Assembly (NCBI GenBank): GCA_028704635.1
Contig: JAQWFB010000003.1
Location: 56,357 to 120,356, forward strand
Origin: Candidatus Shapirobacteria bacterium
GTDB taxonomy: Bacteria > Patescibacteriota > Microgenomatia > UBA12405
Direction of reading: 5' to 3'
DNA: 64,000 bases
How positions within the stretch are numbered: position 1 is the stretch's first letter; each line of letters begins with the position of its first letter. A model generated the notes under the pieces. It was not told the origin of the DNA, did no database searches, and worked only from the letters and a program-made list of their open reading frames with translations. This document shows, in pieces, positions 47,201 through 57,549 of the stretch. Position numbers and translations under genes: made by a program.

Positions 47201-47607
47201 TCTAATTCAATTGCAAAAATTTTTTGCCACATTCCCAATGTCATTTTTCCATCAATAATTGGGATAGTTTCCGAGTTTCTCATCAATAAATGAGTGCAAT
47301 GTGAATGCCCGTTCAAACAATCCGACGCTCCCGACTGACAAACTAAATTTTCAGTTCTCTTTGTTAAATCATTATGTTCATAATAAGCATTTTTTGGTAT
47401 TAATTTATCAGTTAAATTCTTAAAATCAGCCACAATTCCTTTCTCTTTTTCATTAATGCAAATTGATAAAGTCGTATGAGTTGAATAAATTAAAACATTC
47501 CCATTTTTTATTTTACTTTCTTCTACAAATTTTTCTACTTCATCAGTCAGATCTCTAAATTCCATATTATCACTACTTGTAAATTCAATTGTCGTATTTT
47601 TGATCAT
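47155..47607 (-). CDS. YjbQ / UPF0047 family protein (secondary thiamine-phosphate synthase-like)
   Basis: IYSTHTTLSICINE...NAYYEHND...NGHSHCTHLLMRNSETIPIIDGKMTLGMWQKIFAIELD fits the YjbQ pattern. Confidence 0.65.
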   Translation of the reverse strand: MIKNTTIEFTSSDNMEFRDLTDEVEKFVEESKIKNGNVLIYSTHTTLSICINEKEKGIVADFKNLTDKLIPKNAYYEHNDLTKRTENLVCQSGASDCLNGHSHCTHLLMRNSETIPIIDGKMTLGMWQKIFAIELDCCRPRKVLVQVIGE

Positions 47608-47635
47608 AGCAATTTAGTCGAGAGCTATTTTAAAA

Positions 47636-47980
47636 TCATTTGCTTCTCATTACTCTAATTATCCAATATCCCAAATATGCCAATAAAAAAAATTCAATTC
47701 CACTCACTATTAAAAAAAACATTCCAACTCCATTAATAATTAGGCCAAATCGATAATAATCCCAAACCACTCTTGCCACAGAATAAGCCAAAATCGGCAT
47801 CAAAAAAACTATTCCCACTAAAAACATCTGCGATTTATCCCTATCTTTTACAATTAATTTTTTAAACGTCAAAAAGGGTTGTTCAATCATATGATACAAA
47901 TTACACAACAATTTCCAAATCTGCCTTATCGTTATCAAAAAAACTAATTCACTTATTTTTTTAATCCTTTTTTTGATCAT
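47636..47980 (-). CDS. Small membrane protein, putative anti-sigma factor partner
   Basis: 114 aa, 3 TM. Overlaps the end of the ECF sigma gene by 20 nt (co-operonic). Confidence 0.35.
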   Translation of the reverse strand: MIKKRIKKISELVFLITIRQIWKLLCNLYHMIEQPFLTFKKLIVKDRDKSQMFLVGIVFLMPILAYSVARVVWDYYRFGLIINGVGMFFLIVSGIEFFLLAYLGYWIIRVMRSK

Positions 47981-48461
47981 AAACCCAAGCCTCCCTAAAT
48001 TTTTTTTTCGCCCTAATTAATTTTGATTCCACCGCTTTACCTGTCAATTTTAAATTTATTGCAATTTCGTTTATTTTCATTCCCTCTATATATTTAAGTC
48101 GTAGAATATCTTTATATCCTTTGCTTAATTCTGCTAAAGTTTTTTTGATTTCTTCTTTTAATTCATTTTTAAGTACATCTCTTTCCGGTGTTAAAGCCTT
48201 ATCAGCAATTTCCTCAAATTCATCTGATATTGAAAATAAAATCATTTTCAATTTTTTCTTTCGGTAATAATCAATAATTTTATGTTTAGCAATACTACAA
48301 ATCCAACTAAATTCATTGCAATCCCCATTAAAATTTGATCGGCACACCATTGCCGCCATCATAATATCATTAGTCAATTCTTCCACCAATCCTTCATCAT
48401 CAATCTTTTGACTGACAAATTTTTTAACCCCTAAATAATATTTTTTATAAAAACTGTCCAT
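47961..48461 (-). CDS. RNA polymerase ECF-type sigma-70 factor
   Basis: Region 2 (LVEELTNDIMMAA...YYRKKK) and region 4 HTH (LKYIEGMKINEIAINLKLTGKAVESKLIRAKKKFRE). Confidence 0.8.
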   Translation of the reverse strand: MDSFYKKYYLGVKKFVSQKIDDEGLVEELTNDIMMAAMVCRSNFNGDCNEFSWICSIAKHKIIDYYRKKKLKMILFSISDEFEEIADKALTPERDVLKNELKEEIKKTLAELSKGYKDILRLKYIEGMKINEIAINLKLTGKAVESKLIRAKKKFREAWVYDQKKD

Positions 48462-48529
48462 CTGTAAGCAATATTATATCTAATTTAAATTTAATTTGAT
48501 TTTAATTTAATATTAAATGATAATTAATC

Positions 48530-49552
48530 ATGGAAAATAAGAACAACCTCGATACTAATATTTTCCAATCGAATATTTTTATATATTTATTTTTTTTATC
48601 TTTATTAATCTTATTAATAATAATTGCTTCTATTTATTTAATTACCGAAAATAAAAAATATAAAATCATTTCACCTAAATCAAAAAATAACTATCAAATC
48701 GTTTCCACTGAATTTAAAGATAAAAATTCAATTTCGATCAATAAAACAGAAATTAGCACTAAAACTACAACCATATTATTAACCGGAGATATTATGTTGG
48801 GCAGAAGTGTAATGGGTACAAGTTTAGCCAAAAACAATCCCAATTACCCTTTTAAAGAAGTCGCCGAAGTTGTGAAAAGTGCCGATATTACATTTTCTAA
48901 TTTAGAAAATCCAATTACCAAAAATTGTCCAACATCAAACGATGGTTTTATATTTTGCACCGACCCTAAAATGATTAACGGTCTCAACTATGCCGGAGTC
49001 GATATTGTAAATTTGGCCAATAATCATACTAAAAATTATGGTCAAGATGGAATTAACCAGACCAAAAAGTACCTAATAGATTCTGGTATTGATTATGTGG
49101 GACTAGAAAATTTAATTACCAAAAATATTAATGGAATAAAATTTGGGTTTTTAGGTTTTGATTTTGTCAGCCAAAAACCAACAGATTCTGATTACACATT
49201 AATTTCAGATTATAAAAAAAATATTGATGTTTTAATTATTATGGTCCATTGGGGAGTTGAATATGTTTCAATTCCAAACTCAAATCAAAAAGAAATTGCC
49301 AAAAATTTAATTAATGCTGGAGCTGATGTTATTGTCGGCGGTCATCCACATTGGGTCCAAAGTATTGAATATATTAGTGAAAAACCAGTTTTTTATTCAC
49401 TTGGAAATTTTATTTTTGATCAATCATGGAGTGAAGAAACCAAAAAAGGTTTGGCTATTAAATTAACTTATCAAAACAATCAACTTATAAAAATTGACCA
49501 ACTACCAATTTACATGAAAAATTTTGCTCAGCCAGAGTGGGTTGTTAATTAA
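48530..49552 (+). CDS. CapA/PGA_cap family metallophosphatase-like protein, membrane-anchored
   Basis: LLTGDIMLGRSV...FSNLENPIT...VHWGVEY...GGHPHWVQ matches CapA. Its N-terminal anchor MENKNNLDTNI is paralogous to 52377 and 56719. Confidence 0.7.
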   Translation: MENKNNLDTNIFQSNIFIYLFFLSLLILLIIIASIYLITENKKYKIISPKSKNNYQIVSTEFKDKNSISINKTEISTKTTTILLTGDIMLGRSVMGTSLAKNNPNYPFKEVAEVVKSADITFSNLENPITKNCPTSNDGFIFCTDPKMINGLNYAGVDIVNLANNHTKNYGQDGINQTKKYLIDSGIDYVGLENLITKNINGIKFGFLGFDFVSQKPTDSDYTLISDYKKNIDVLIIMVHWGVEYVSIPNSNQKEIAKNLINAGADVIVGGHPHWVQSIEYISEKPVFYSLGNFIFDQSWSEETKKGLAIKLTYQNNQLIKIDQLPIYMKNFAQPEWVVN

Positions 49553-50630
49553 AATGAAAAAAAATATTTTATTTTTAATCTCACTAGATTCAGTACTATT
49601 AATATTAATATTTTTATTTAAATTATATTTTCAACCAATTGCCATTGTTGTTCCTCATCATAATATTGTAAAAGAAAAACGCTTAGAATTTTTTAAAACC
49701 ATTGCTCAAAAAAGACCAGTTACAAAAAAAATTATTATCATTGGCCCCGATCATTTTTCGCCTTATCAAAATACTATTTCTTACTCTAATTTCAATTGGA
49801 ATCTTTCCAATGGTGAAATTAAATTCAATTCATCTCTTGAAACTAAATTAAAACCATTTTTATCTCTTCAAAATAGTATCGTCAAAAATGATCATGCTAT
49901 TTATAATTTATTGCCTGATATTAAATTTGTTTGGCCTAATTCTCAAGTTTTTCCCATTTTAGTTGGTCAAAATTATCCCATTTCTAAGCTTAATAATTTA
50001 ATTAACGAATTAAAAAATGTTTGTAATTATGATTGTTTATTAATTTCTTCAGTCGATTTTTCTCATTATCTTCCAGCCGCTTTTGCTAATGTTCATGATC
50101 AAAAAAGCATTTATGATTTATCCACTCAAAATTTAACTGAAATTCCCAAATTAGAAGTTGACAGTCCTCAATCTTTATATGTTTTAACTAAGTATTCAAT
50201 ATTAAAAAATGCCCATAAATGGGATTTATTTTATCATTCAAATTCTGGCGAGATAGCCAATGATCCTGACATTGAAACTACTAGCCATGTTTTAGGTTTC
50301 TATCAAAGAAGTTTTTTTAAAAACAAAATTACTAAAGTTGAAACTTATTTAATTTCTAAAAATATTGACTCTAAAAAAAGTCTAAATTCTCTTGGCAAAA
50401 GATTTTTTTATGGCACCGATTATATTGATTTAAATTATTCTTCAAAATCATCATATATTTTACCTTTTGATTTAGCCGACGATATGGTTGTTACTGTTGT
50501 TGTTGCAGATAATAAACCAACTTTCACTTTTTTCCCTACCGAAATTAAAAATGGCGCTACATATTTTTTAAGAGGTCAAGAAAAAATAAATAAATTAAAT
50601 TATGTTAAATTTATTTATGGAATTAAATAA
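49524..50630 (+). CDS. Memo-like (AmmeMemoRadiSam system protein B-like) protein, membrane-anchored
   Basis: AIVVPHHNIV...KIIIIGPDHFSPY...SSVDFSHYLP matches Memo1-family blocks (vvPHAGY, ilGPsH, DlSHy). Only moderate similarity by eye. Confidence 0.4.
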   Translation: MLSQSGLLIKMKKNILFLISLDSVLLILIFLFKLYFQPIAIVVPHHNIVKEKRLEFFKTIAQKRPVTKKIIIIGPDHFSPYQNTISYSNFNWNLSNGEIKFNSSLETKLKPFLSLQNSIVKNDHAIYNLLPDIKFVWPNSQVFPILVGQNYPISKLNNLINELKNVCNYDCLLISSVDFSHYLPAAFANVHDQKSIYDLSTQNLTEIPKLEVDSPQSLYVLTKYSILKNAHKWDLFYHSNSGEIANDPDIETTSHVLGFYQRSFFKNKITKVETYLISKNIDSKKSLNSLGKRFFYGTDYIDLNYSSKSSYILPFDLADDMVVTVVVADNKPTFTFFPTEIKNGATYFLRGQEKINKLNYVKFIYGIK

Positions 50631-52374
50631 TATTAACCCTATAGAGTCACAACTAGAAACTAATTTAGAAATTAATTCTCAACCAATTTCACCTAAAAAA
50701 ATAAAAACATTTCCAATTGTTTTAGCTGGGGGGATTATTATTGGTGTTATTCTAACTGCCTCAATCACTTCAGCTGTGTATTTTTATCAAAAAAGTAAAA
50801 CTACTATTACCAGTAACTTTACTCAAAACCAACCAACAATCACTCCTACCACCGCTTATGAATATTCTCAATTTGGATCCATTTCTTGGCTAGATCAACC
50901 AAAACAAATATCAGCTATCAGCATTTTTAATTCAGAAAAAATCAATTCTGAAGAATATCCTTATCTTGATATTTCTAGTGCAGAATATTTTCAAGTTGGT
51001 GTTTTTTCTAATGGGGCTCAACTAATCAATGCCTATATTAATCCAAATGACCCAGGTGGAACCATTATTTTTCGTTTGATTAAGGATAATAATAGTATTT
51101 TTTTGTTAACCAACATGATTGGCGGTCGAGATCTTGAAAGTGTAAAAGAATATTTGGTTAGTAGTCTTTTATTTTCAGATATAAAAATATTGGAATTAAG
51201 TCCACTAGAAAATATTTCTCTTAGTACTGACAATATTCTTTATCTTTTTGATAGTGATTCTGCCTCGTCAAAAAGATCATCTGATTTTAAAAATTTACAA
51301 AAAATTGCCGATTCCAGTTATGGATCAATATATAAAAATACTTTTAGTATAATGGACAATATTTCCATTGATCAGGTTGCTGGTAGAACCATTTATTTAA
51401 AAATGAAAGATGGCACCTTAGTTAGTTATAAATATAAAAATGAGGTTTCTGATGATAGTATTCCTCGAATAACTTGGAACTCAGGGACTACTAACAATGA
51501 TGTTTATACACAAAATATTTCTTCAGGATGTGGTACTCAAACCTTCGGAAGTGTCCCTGTTATTTTAAAAGATTCAACTTTACTTGGCGATAAAATTCAA
51601 GTAGGTAAAACTCAAAGCGGAAAAAGTGTTTTTAAAATAGAAAATAAAAACAATGAATTTGTTAAAAAACTTTATGCTGAGTATAAACAAACCCGATCTT
51701 ATGAAAACACCAAAATAATTACTTTAGAAGAATTTGTAACTAACCCTAATCATTTTCTTTTACAAGATCCAACAGGTGATTGGCAAATTTTTGTAAATTC
51801 TAATTATTCTTCTTTGGCTGAATGTGGTAAACCTGTGATTTATTTATATCCTACCAAAGAGACCCAAATTAAAGTTCAAGTTGGTGCTCAAATCACTAAA
51901 AGTGAACCAACTTATCCTAATGATGGATGGGTGGTAATAGCCAAACCAAATGGAGAGTTAATTTATCAAAATCAAACCTATTCATACTTATTTTGGGAAG
52001 GTTTAGGTAATGGTCTTTACCCAGATTATAAAAATAAGGGGATTGTCGTTGCTCAAAAAGATTTAATTTCCACCCTTTATTCTCAATTATCACAATTAGG
52101 GTTAAACCAAAAAGAATCAGCTGATTTTATGGAATTTTGGCAATCAAAACTACCCACCACTCCTTTTATTCGTCTAACTTGGTTGGGAACCAAAGACATG
52201 GATATTTTAGCTCCATTAACAGTTAATCCTCAACCGGATACTAGGATTAGAATCTTTTTAGAATTTCAAGGTTTACAAAATCCAGTTAAATTAATTCCTC
52301 AAAAACTATCTGCTCCTGCTCGTGAGGGTTTCACTTTAATTGAATGGGGTGGTCTCTTATTTAAAAACAATTAA
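50602..52374 (+). CDS. Hypothetical membrane-anchored extracytoplasmic protein (590 aa)
   Basis: One N-terminal TM, then a large domain with no recognisable motifs. Confidence 0.45.
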   Translation: MLNLFMELNNINPIESQLETNLEINSQPISPKKIKTFPIVLAGGIIIGVILTASITSAVYFYQKSKTTITSNFTQNQPTITPTTAYEYSQFGSISWLDQPKQISAISIFNSEKINSEEYPYLDISSAEYFQVGVFSNGAQLINAYINPNDPGGTIIFRLIKDNNSIFLLTNMIGGRDLESVKEYLVSSLLFSDIKILELSPLENISLSTDNILYLFDSDSASSKRSSDFKNLQKIADSSYGSIYKNTFSIMDNISIDQVAGRTIYLKMKDGTLVSYKYKNEVSDDSIPRITWNSGTTNNDVYTQNISSGCGTQTFGSVPVILKDSTLLGDKIQVGKTQSGKSVFKIENKNNEFVKKLYAEYKQTRSYENTKIITLEEFVTNPNHFLLQDPTGDWQIFVNSNYSSLAECGKPVIYLYPTKETQIKVQVGAQITKSEPTYPNDGWVVIAKPNGELIYQNQTYSYLFWEGLGNGLYPDYKNKGIVVAQKDLISTLYSQLSQLGLNQKESADFMEFWQSKLPTTPFIRLTWLGTKDMDILAPLTVNPQPDTRIRIFLEFQGLQNPVKLIPQKLSAPAREGFTLIEWGGLLFKNN

Positions 52375-52376
52375 TT

Positions 52377-53192
52377 ATGGAAAATACAAACAATCTCGAT
52401 ACTAATATTCCTCAACCAACTGAATCTCCAATTATTTTTCCCACTCCAAAAAAAATAAATATTTTCAAATATTTATTTTTTATTTCAGTTGCAGCTTTAT
52501 TAACAGTAATTATTTCTTTTTATTTTATTTTAAAAAATAAAAATTCAAAAGTTAATCAAATCCAATCAAACAATAATATTGTTCAACAAACACCAGACAA
52601 TAACACCGTTAAATCAATAACAGAAACGCCTACAAATACTCAAGAAAAAACTATTTCATATCAAGCCAAATCAGTTGAAGATGACACCAATTCAGTTTCA
52701 AAATTAATTTTAGTGGATCAAAACAATAAAGAAAAAATTATTACTGAAGATAAATATCTTGACGATGAAAATGGTACTGTAAATAAAACACTTACAAAAG
52801 TGAGTTATAGTAATTTTATTTTTTCATCAGATAATAAATATTTATTTTATGATACTAACTATGGCTATGAATACGGAACTTCCTTTTTGTATGATATTAA
52901 AAATAATCAAATAGTCAAAATAGGTTTTCTTGCAACTAACGCAGGTTTCACTTCAAACCTAAAATATTTTTATAGTTGTGCTCAATCTGGTATGTCAGCT
53001 GGGGGAATTTTAATTAAACAGCTTCCATCACTAGAGAATGAATTTATTCGTTCAGGAGGAGAAGATTCGTACAACTGTAATTACATTAATAATAAAATTA
53101 CTTTTTCTGGGTTAAAAGAAAATGACCCAGCGACAGTTGTTTCACAATACGAATTTTCAGAAGATTCAGGTAGTATTTTAAAAATAAAATAA
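52377..53192 (+). CDS. Hypothetical membrane-anchored protein, paralog of 56719-57495
   Basis: N-terminal MENTNNLDTNIPQ...IFKYLFFISVAALLTVIISFYFILKNK is shared with 48530 and 56719. Confidence 0.45.
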   Translation: MENTNNLDTNIPQPTESPIIFPTPKKINIFKYLFFISVAALLTVIISFYFILKNKNSKVNQIQSNNNIVQQTPDNNTVKSITETPTNTQEKTISYQAKSVEDDTNSVSKLILVDQNNKEKIITEDKYLDDENGTVNKTLTKVSYSNFIFSSDNKYLFYDTNYGYEYGTSFLYDIKNNQIVKIGFLATNAGFTSNLKYFYSCAQSGMSAGGILIKQLPSLENEFIRSGGEDSYNCNYINNKITFSGLKENDPATVVSQYEFSEDSGSILKIK

Positions 53193-53219
53193 AGTCTGAT
53201 TTTGCTTTATACTTAATCA

Positions 53220-53999
53220 ATGCTCCCGTTTATTAAGGCCAATCCACTCCAAAAAGTCAGTCAAGATTTGCGACATGATTTATTGGACATGATTTACAAA
53301 AATGGTGGACACATCGGCGGATCTCTCTCTTCAATTGATTTAATTACTGCCGTTTATTTCGGCAACCTCTTTAATTTTAAAAAAGATCATTTTATTTTAT
53401 CGGCTGGTCACTTAGCTCCAGCTCTTTATACCGTCCTAGCCAACGCCGGTTATTTTTCTAAAAAATTACTCGATACTTATTCCTCTTTTGATTCTATTCT
53501 TCAACATCATATTTCTCGCGATGTTCCTGGAGTTGAGTATTCTTCTGGCTCTCTTGGCCAAGGACTTTCTTTTGCTTGTGGTTTGGCTCTGGGCAACCCT
53601 AAACACACCACCATTTGTCTCACCAGCGACGGTGAACATCAAGAAGGTCAAATCTGGGAATCGTTGCTTTTTGCCAAAAAATATAAATTAGGTAATTTAA
53701 TTAATATTGTCGATTTTAATCAGTTCCAAATCGATGGCCCAGTTTCTGAAATTATGCCTCTCGACAATTTAGCTGCCAAATATATTCAATTTGGCTGGAC
53801 AGTTACCACTGTCGACGGTCACAATTTTAATCAAATAATTTCTGCTCTTAAAAATGCCAAAAAATCAGATTATCCAAATTGTATTATTGCCAAAACAACC
53901 ATAGGTAAGGGAGTTTCCTTTATGGAAAATAACTTCAAATATCATGACGTTAAAAATCTTTCCGAGGTCTTATACAATCAGGCCAAATCAGAATTATGA
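53220..53999 (+). CDS. Transketolase, N-terminal (TPP-binding) subunit
   Basis: GHIGGSLSSIDLITAVYF...GHLAPALY...SSGSLGQGLSFACGLAL...TSDGEHQEG. Confidence 0.9.
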   Translation: MLPFIKANPLQKVSQDLRHDLLDMIYKNGGHIGGSLSSIDLITAVYFGNLFNFKKDHFILSAGHLAPALYTVLANAGYFSKKLLDTYSSFDSILQHHISRDVPGVEYSSGSLGQGLSFACGLALGNPKHTTICLTSDGEHQEGQIWESLLFAKKYKLGNLINIVDFNQFQIDGPVSEIMPLDNLAAKYIQFGWTVTTVDGHNFNQIISALKNAKKSDYPNCIIAKTTIGKGVSFMENNFKYHDVKNLSEVLYNQAKSEL

Positions 54000-54943
54000 C
54001 CAATTCTATTCGCCAATCATTTGGTGACACTCTCACCAAATTAGCTAAAAATAACAAAAATATTTTTGTTGTTAACGCCGATTTAAAATCATCTCTTTTT
54101 TTAAACGATTTTGCTAAAAAATTCCCTCGTTGTTTCATTGAGTGTGGTGTTGCTGAAAACAATGCTGCGGCTATTGCTGCCGGTTTAGCGCAAACTGGAA
54201 AAACTGTTTTTTTAACTTCTTTTGCCTGTTTTTCTCCTGCCATCAATTGGAATACCATCAAACAATCAATTTGTTACAACAATTCTAATGTCAAAATTAT
54301 TGGCTCTCATGCCGGTCTTATGAGTACTGATCTTGGTGCCACCCATCAAATGCTTGAAGATTTAGCCTTAATGCGTTCCCTTCCCAATATGGAAGTTTTT
54401 TCACCCCTCGATGCTCTTGAAACTGAAAAAATTGTTAAAACCGTTTCATTCAGTAAAAAACCAGCTTACATTCGCTTAGTTCGTCCTTCAACTCAAAATC
54501 TTTTTGATCCAAAATTCGATTTCACCATCGGTAAATCTCATATTTTACAACCCGGCAAAAACATTACCATTATTGGTCATGGGCCCATTTTAGAAGAAGC
54601 TTTTCAAGTCCAGGCCAAACTAAATTTGGACGACAAATACAAAAAAATTACTCTCGAAATTATCAACTGTTCATCAATCAAACCTCTTGATACCACTACA
54701 ATTTTAAAAAGCGTTAAAAAAACTGGCCGCTTAATTTGCCTTGAAGATCATCAAAAAAATGGTGGATTAGGGGAGGCGGTCGCTTCTCTAATTCTAACCA
54801 ATAATCTTTCTTGTAAATTTATTCATTTGGCTGTCGACAACAGTTTTGGCCGTTCAGCTAAAACTTATCAGGAGCTGTACAATTATTATGGCATTGGTGT
54901 TAATGATTTACTCTCCGCTGTCAAAAAAATAATTTTAAAATAA
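53996..54943 (+). CDS. Transketolase, C-terminal (pyrimidine-binding) subunit
   Basis: FIECGVAENNAAAIAAGLA...GSHAGL...GATHQMLEDLALMRSLPNM. 4-nt overlap with the N-terminal subunit gene. Confidence 0.9.
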   Translation: MTNSIRQSFGDTLTKLAKNNKNIFVVNADLKSSLFLNDFAKKFPRCFIECGVAENNAAAIAAGLAQTGKTVFLTSFACFSPAINWNTIKQSICYNNSNVKIIGSHAGLMSTDLGATHQMLEDLALMRSLPNMEVFSPLDALETEKIVKTVSFSKKPAYIRLVRPSTQNLFDPKFDFTIGKSHILQPGKNITIIGHGPILEEAFQVQAKLNLDDKYKKITLEIINCSSIKPLDTTTILKSVKKTGRLICLEDHQKNGGLGEAVASLILTNNLSCKFIHLAVDNSFGRSAKTYQELYNYYGIGVNDLLSAVKKIILK

Positions 54944-55788
54944 TGAAAACCTTACGCCAATTATTAACTGAATATCGTGCCACCGGCAAAGCCATTCCCG
55001 CTTTTAATATCGATACTTTTGAAATTTACCAAGCAGTCGAAGACTCTGTCAAAGAAACCGGTTTGCCTTGCATTGTCCAGCTTTCCACAGGGGAAGATAA
55101 ATTTATTCAGGCTGAACGTCTTTTTGTTTTGGTTAAAAAAGCTCAGCTCGATGGTTTACCAATTTATTTAAATATGGATCACGCCTCCGACCAAATTCGT
55201 TTAGAAAAATTAATCAGTCTTGGCTTTGACATGGTTCATTTTGACGGTTCAAAAATGGATTATTCCACCAATTTAGAAACCAGTCAAAAATTCATTCACA
55301 TTTTAAAAAATCATTATCCACACACTCTTTTTGAAGTCGAATTTAATCATATTAATTTAGTCGACACCGAAGTTTCCAAAAACAGTTTCACTGATCCAAA
55401 TCAAGCTTATGAATTTATGACTCAAACTTCTGCCGATCTTCTGGCTGTTTCTATTGGCAATCTTCATGGCGTCAGTTTAAAATTACCAGAAACCATCGAC
55501 TTAAATTTATTAACCAAAATTAAAAATAAAATTCCCGAAGATCGATTCATTACTCTTCATGGCGGTTCCGGTATCAGTCCTGATCAAATCACTCAGGCCA
55601 TTCAACTCGGTGTCGTTAAAATTAATATCAATACCGAATTAAGAATTGCTTTTAATCAATCACTCGCCAAAATTTATTCGAAGGAAGTTAGCCAAAAAAT
55701 TTACGATAATTTTTCTCCCGCCATCGATGAATTAAAAAATATTATCAAATCAAAATTACTTCTTTTTTCCACTTCCAAATATGCTTGA
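54943..55788 (+). CDS. Class II fructose/tagatose-bisphosphate aldolase
   Basis: AFNIDTFE...MDHASD...HFDGS...LHGGSGI...KININTE hallmarks. Confidence 0.85.
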   Translation: MKTLRQLLTEYRATGKAIPAFNIDTFEIYQAVEDSVKETGLPCIVQLSTGEDKFIQAERLFVLVKKAQLDGLPIYLNMDHASDQIRLEKLISLGFDMVHFDGSKMDYSTNLETSQKFIHILKNHYPHTLFEVEFNHINLVDTEVSKNSFTDPNQAYEFMTQTSADLLAVSIGNLHGVSLKLPETIDLNLLTKIKNKIPEDRFITLHGGSGISPDQITQAIQLGVVKININTELRIAFNQSLAKIYSKEVSQKIYDNFSPAIDELKNIIKSKLLLFSTSKYA

Positions 55789-56701
55789 TGTTATTTCCAT
55801 TGGCGGTGCCACTATCGATATTTTCGCTAAATCAAAACAATTTATCGTCGATAACAATTTATTATCTTTAGAATATTCCTCGAAAGCCGAAATCAGTCAA
55901 AGCCTAATTTGCAGTGGCGGTGGTGCCACTAATTCCGCTGTTTCTTTTAGTCGTCTTGGTTTAAAATCTACATGTATTTCTTTAATTGCCGACGATCATT
56001 TAAGTAATTACATTATCGACGATTTAAAAAAAGAATCAGTCAGCACCAATCTTTTAATTAAAAATAAAAAAGACACTACTGACTTTTCCATTATTTTAGT
56101 TGCCCCCGACGGTGGTCGATCAATTCTTACCAATAGGGGAACCACTCGCCTCGAAGAAAAAAATATTAATTGGAATAAAATTCCTAAAGCTAAATGGTTT
56201 TACATTACTTCTCTTGAAGGCAATCTTGATTTATTGGAAAAAGTAATCGGTTTTGCCAAAGAAAATAATAGCAAAATTGCCATAAATCCTGGCAATCGTG
56301 AGTTATCTCAAAGAAAAAAACTTTTACCTTTATTGAAATTAGTTGATTTTTTGCTTTTAAATAAAACCGAATCAGAAACTTTAGTCGGTCTTAATATTGA
56401 TGATAAAAATTTTTGGAATCATTTAGTTTCCCTTTCTCCGACAACTGTCGCCGTCACCAATGGCCGCAATGGCGCCTTTGTTTTTGCCGAGGGTCGTCAT
56501 TATTTCTCTCCTGTTATCAACGTTAAACCAGTTGACGAAACCGGTGCCGGCGATGCTTTTGGTTCTACTTTTGTCAGTGCTCTAATTTACAAACACACTC
56601 CTCAGGAAGCCCTCTTTTGGGCTATCAAAAACTCCGCCTCTGTCGTTTCCGCCCTCGGCGCCAAATCCAACCTCCTGACCTTAAAACAAATTAAAAAATA
56701 A
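55781..56701 (+). CDS. PfkB-family carbohydrate kinase (ribokinase-like)
   Basis: N-terminal GGATIDIF, and the C-terminal anion-hole / ATP motif DETGAGDAFGSTFVSAL. Confidence 0.8.
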   Translation: MLDVISIGGATIDIFAKSKQFIVDNNLLSLEYSSKAEISQSLICSGGGATNSAVSFSRLGLKSTCISLIADDHLSNYIIDDLKKESVSTNLLIKNKKDTTDFSIILVAPDGGRSILTNRGTTRLEEKNINWNKIPKAKWFYITSLEGNLDLLEKVIGFAKENNSKIAINPGNRELSQRKKLLPLLKLVDFLLLNKTESETLVGLNIDDKNFWNHLVSLSPTTVAVTNGRNGAFVFAEGRHYFSPVINVKPVDETGAGDAFGSTFVSALIYKHTPQEALFWAIKNSASVVSALGAKSNLLTLKQIKK

Positions 56702-56718
56702 ATTAAGTATAATAATTT

Positions 56719-57495
56719 ATGGAAGATATAAATCAAACAGATATAACGAATCAAATATTAGGCAATCAACCAACAAATATCCCAATTTCCAAATCAAAAA
56801 ATATTTTTAAATTACTATTTTTTATTTCTATTTTTGTTTTATTGGTTGTAATAATTTCTTTCTATTTTATTATTTTAAATAAAAAAAATTATCAAGCATC
56901 AAACAATAATATTTCTCAGATAACACCAACCACTTCTGTTTCCAAAAGCGATAATTTAAATATTAGTGCATATATTAAAACAGACAATAAAAATAGTTAT
57001 CTTGTTTTAAATAAAAACAATGAAGAATTTATTATTGACACCATCGACAAAGATATGTGGTTGGATGAAGTTAGATTTACAGGCAGTCTGAGGTATTTAA
57101 TATACGCTATCAAAGCCCCAGGAGCTACTAGTATTAAAATTTATGATACTAAACATAATTCTTTTATTAAAGATGAAGAGTCAGACGGTTTTTTTCCTCA
57201 ATCAGGTCCTCCTATAATCACCAATGATGAAAATTACTTAATTTTTTGTTCGGGTAGTGACTATGCTGGGATAAGTGGTGGTAAAATAATTTCGTTATCA
57301 GATCAAAGTGTCAAATTTGATTTTATTAAATATTTAGGTAATAAAATAGCAGATTCTTCAATTTCTTGTTCATATAATTCAAATACTAATATTGTTTCTT
57401 TCCAATACTATCAAGGTACTGGTGGTACAAAAGATTCAGGCGTTAACTACAATTTAAACACAGACAAGTTTGAAGATTGGCAAATAGATAATTAA
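56719..57495 (+). CDS. Hypothetical membrane-anchored protein, paralog of 52377-53192
   Basis: MEDINQTDITNQ...IFKLLFFISIFVLLVVIISFYFIILNKK N-terminus. C-terminal domain similar to 52377 (FCSGSDYAGISGGKII vs SCAQSGMSAGGILI). Confidence 0.45.
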   Translation: MEDINQTDITNQILGNQPTNIPISKSKNIFKLLFFISIFVLLVVIISFYFIILNKKNYQASNNNISQITPTTSVSKSDNLNISAYIKTDNKNSYLVLNKNNEEFIIDTIDKDMWLDEVRFTGSLRYLIYAIKAPGATSIKIYDTKHNSFIKDEESDGFFPQSGPPIITNDENYLIFCSGSDYAGISGGKIISLSDQSVKFDFIKYLGNKIADSSISCSYNSNTNIVSFQYYQGTGGTKDSGVNYNLNTDKFEDWQIDN

Positions 57496-57549
57496 TTTCA
57501 ATATTTTTTCTTCGAACCCTTGTTCTTAAATATGTCATAATTTACTATC

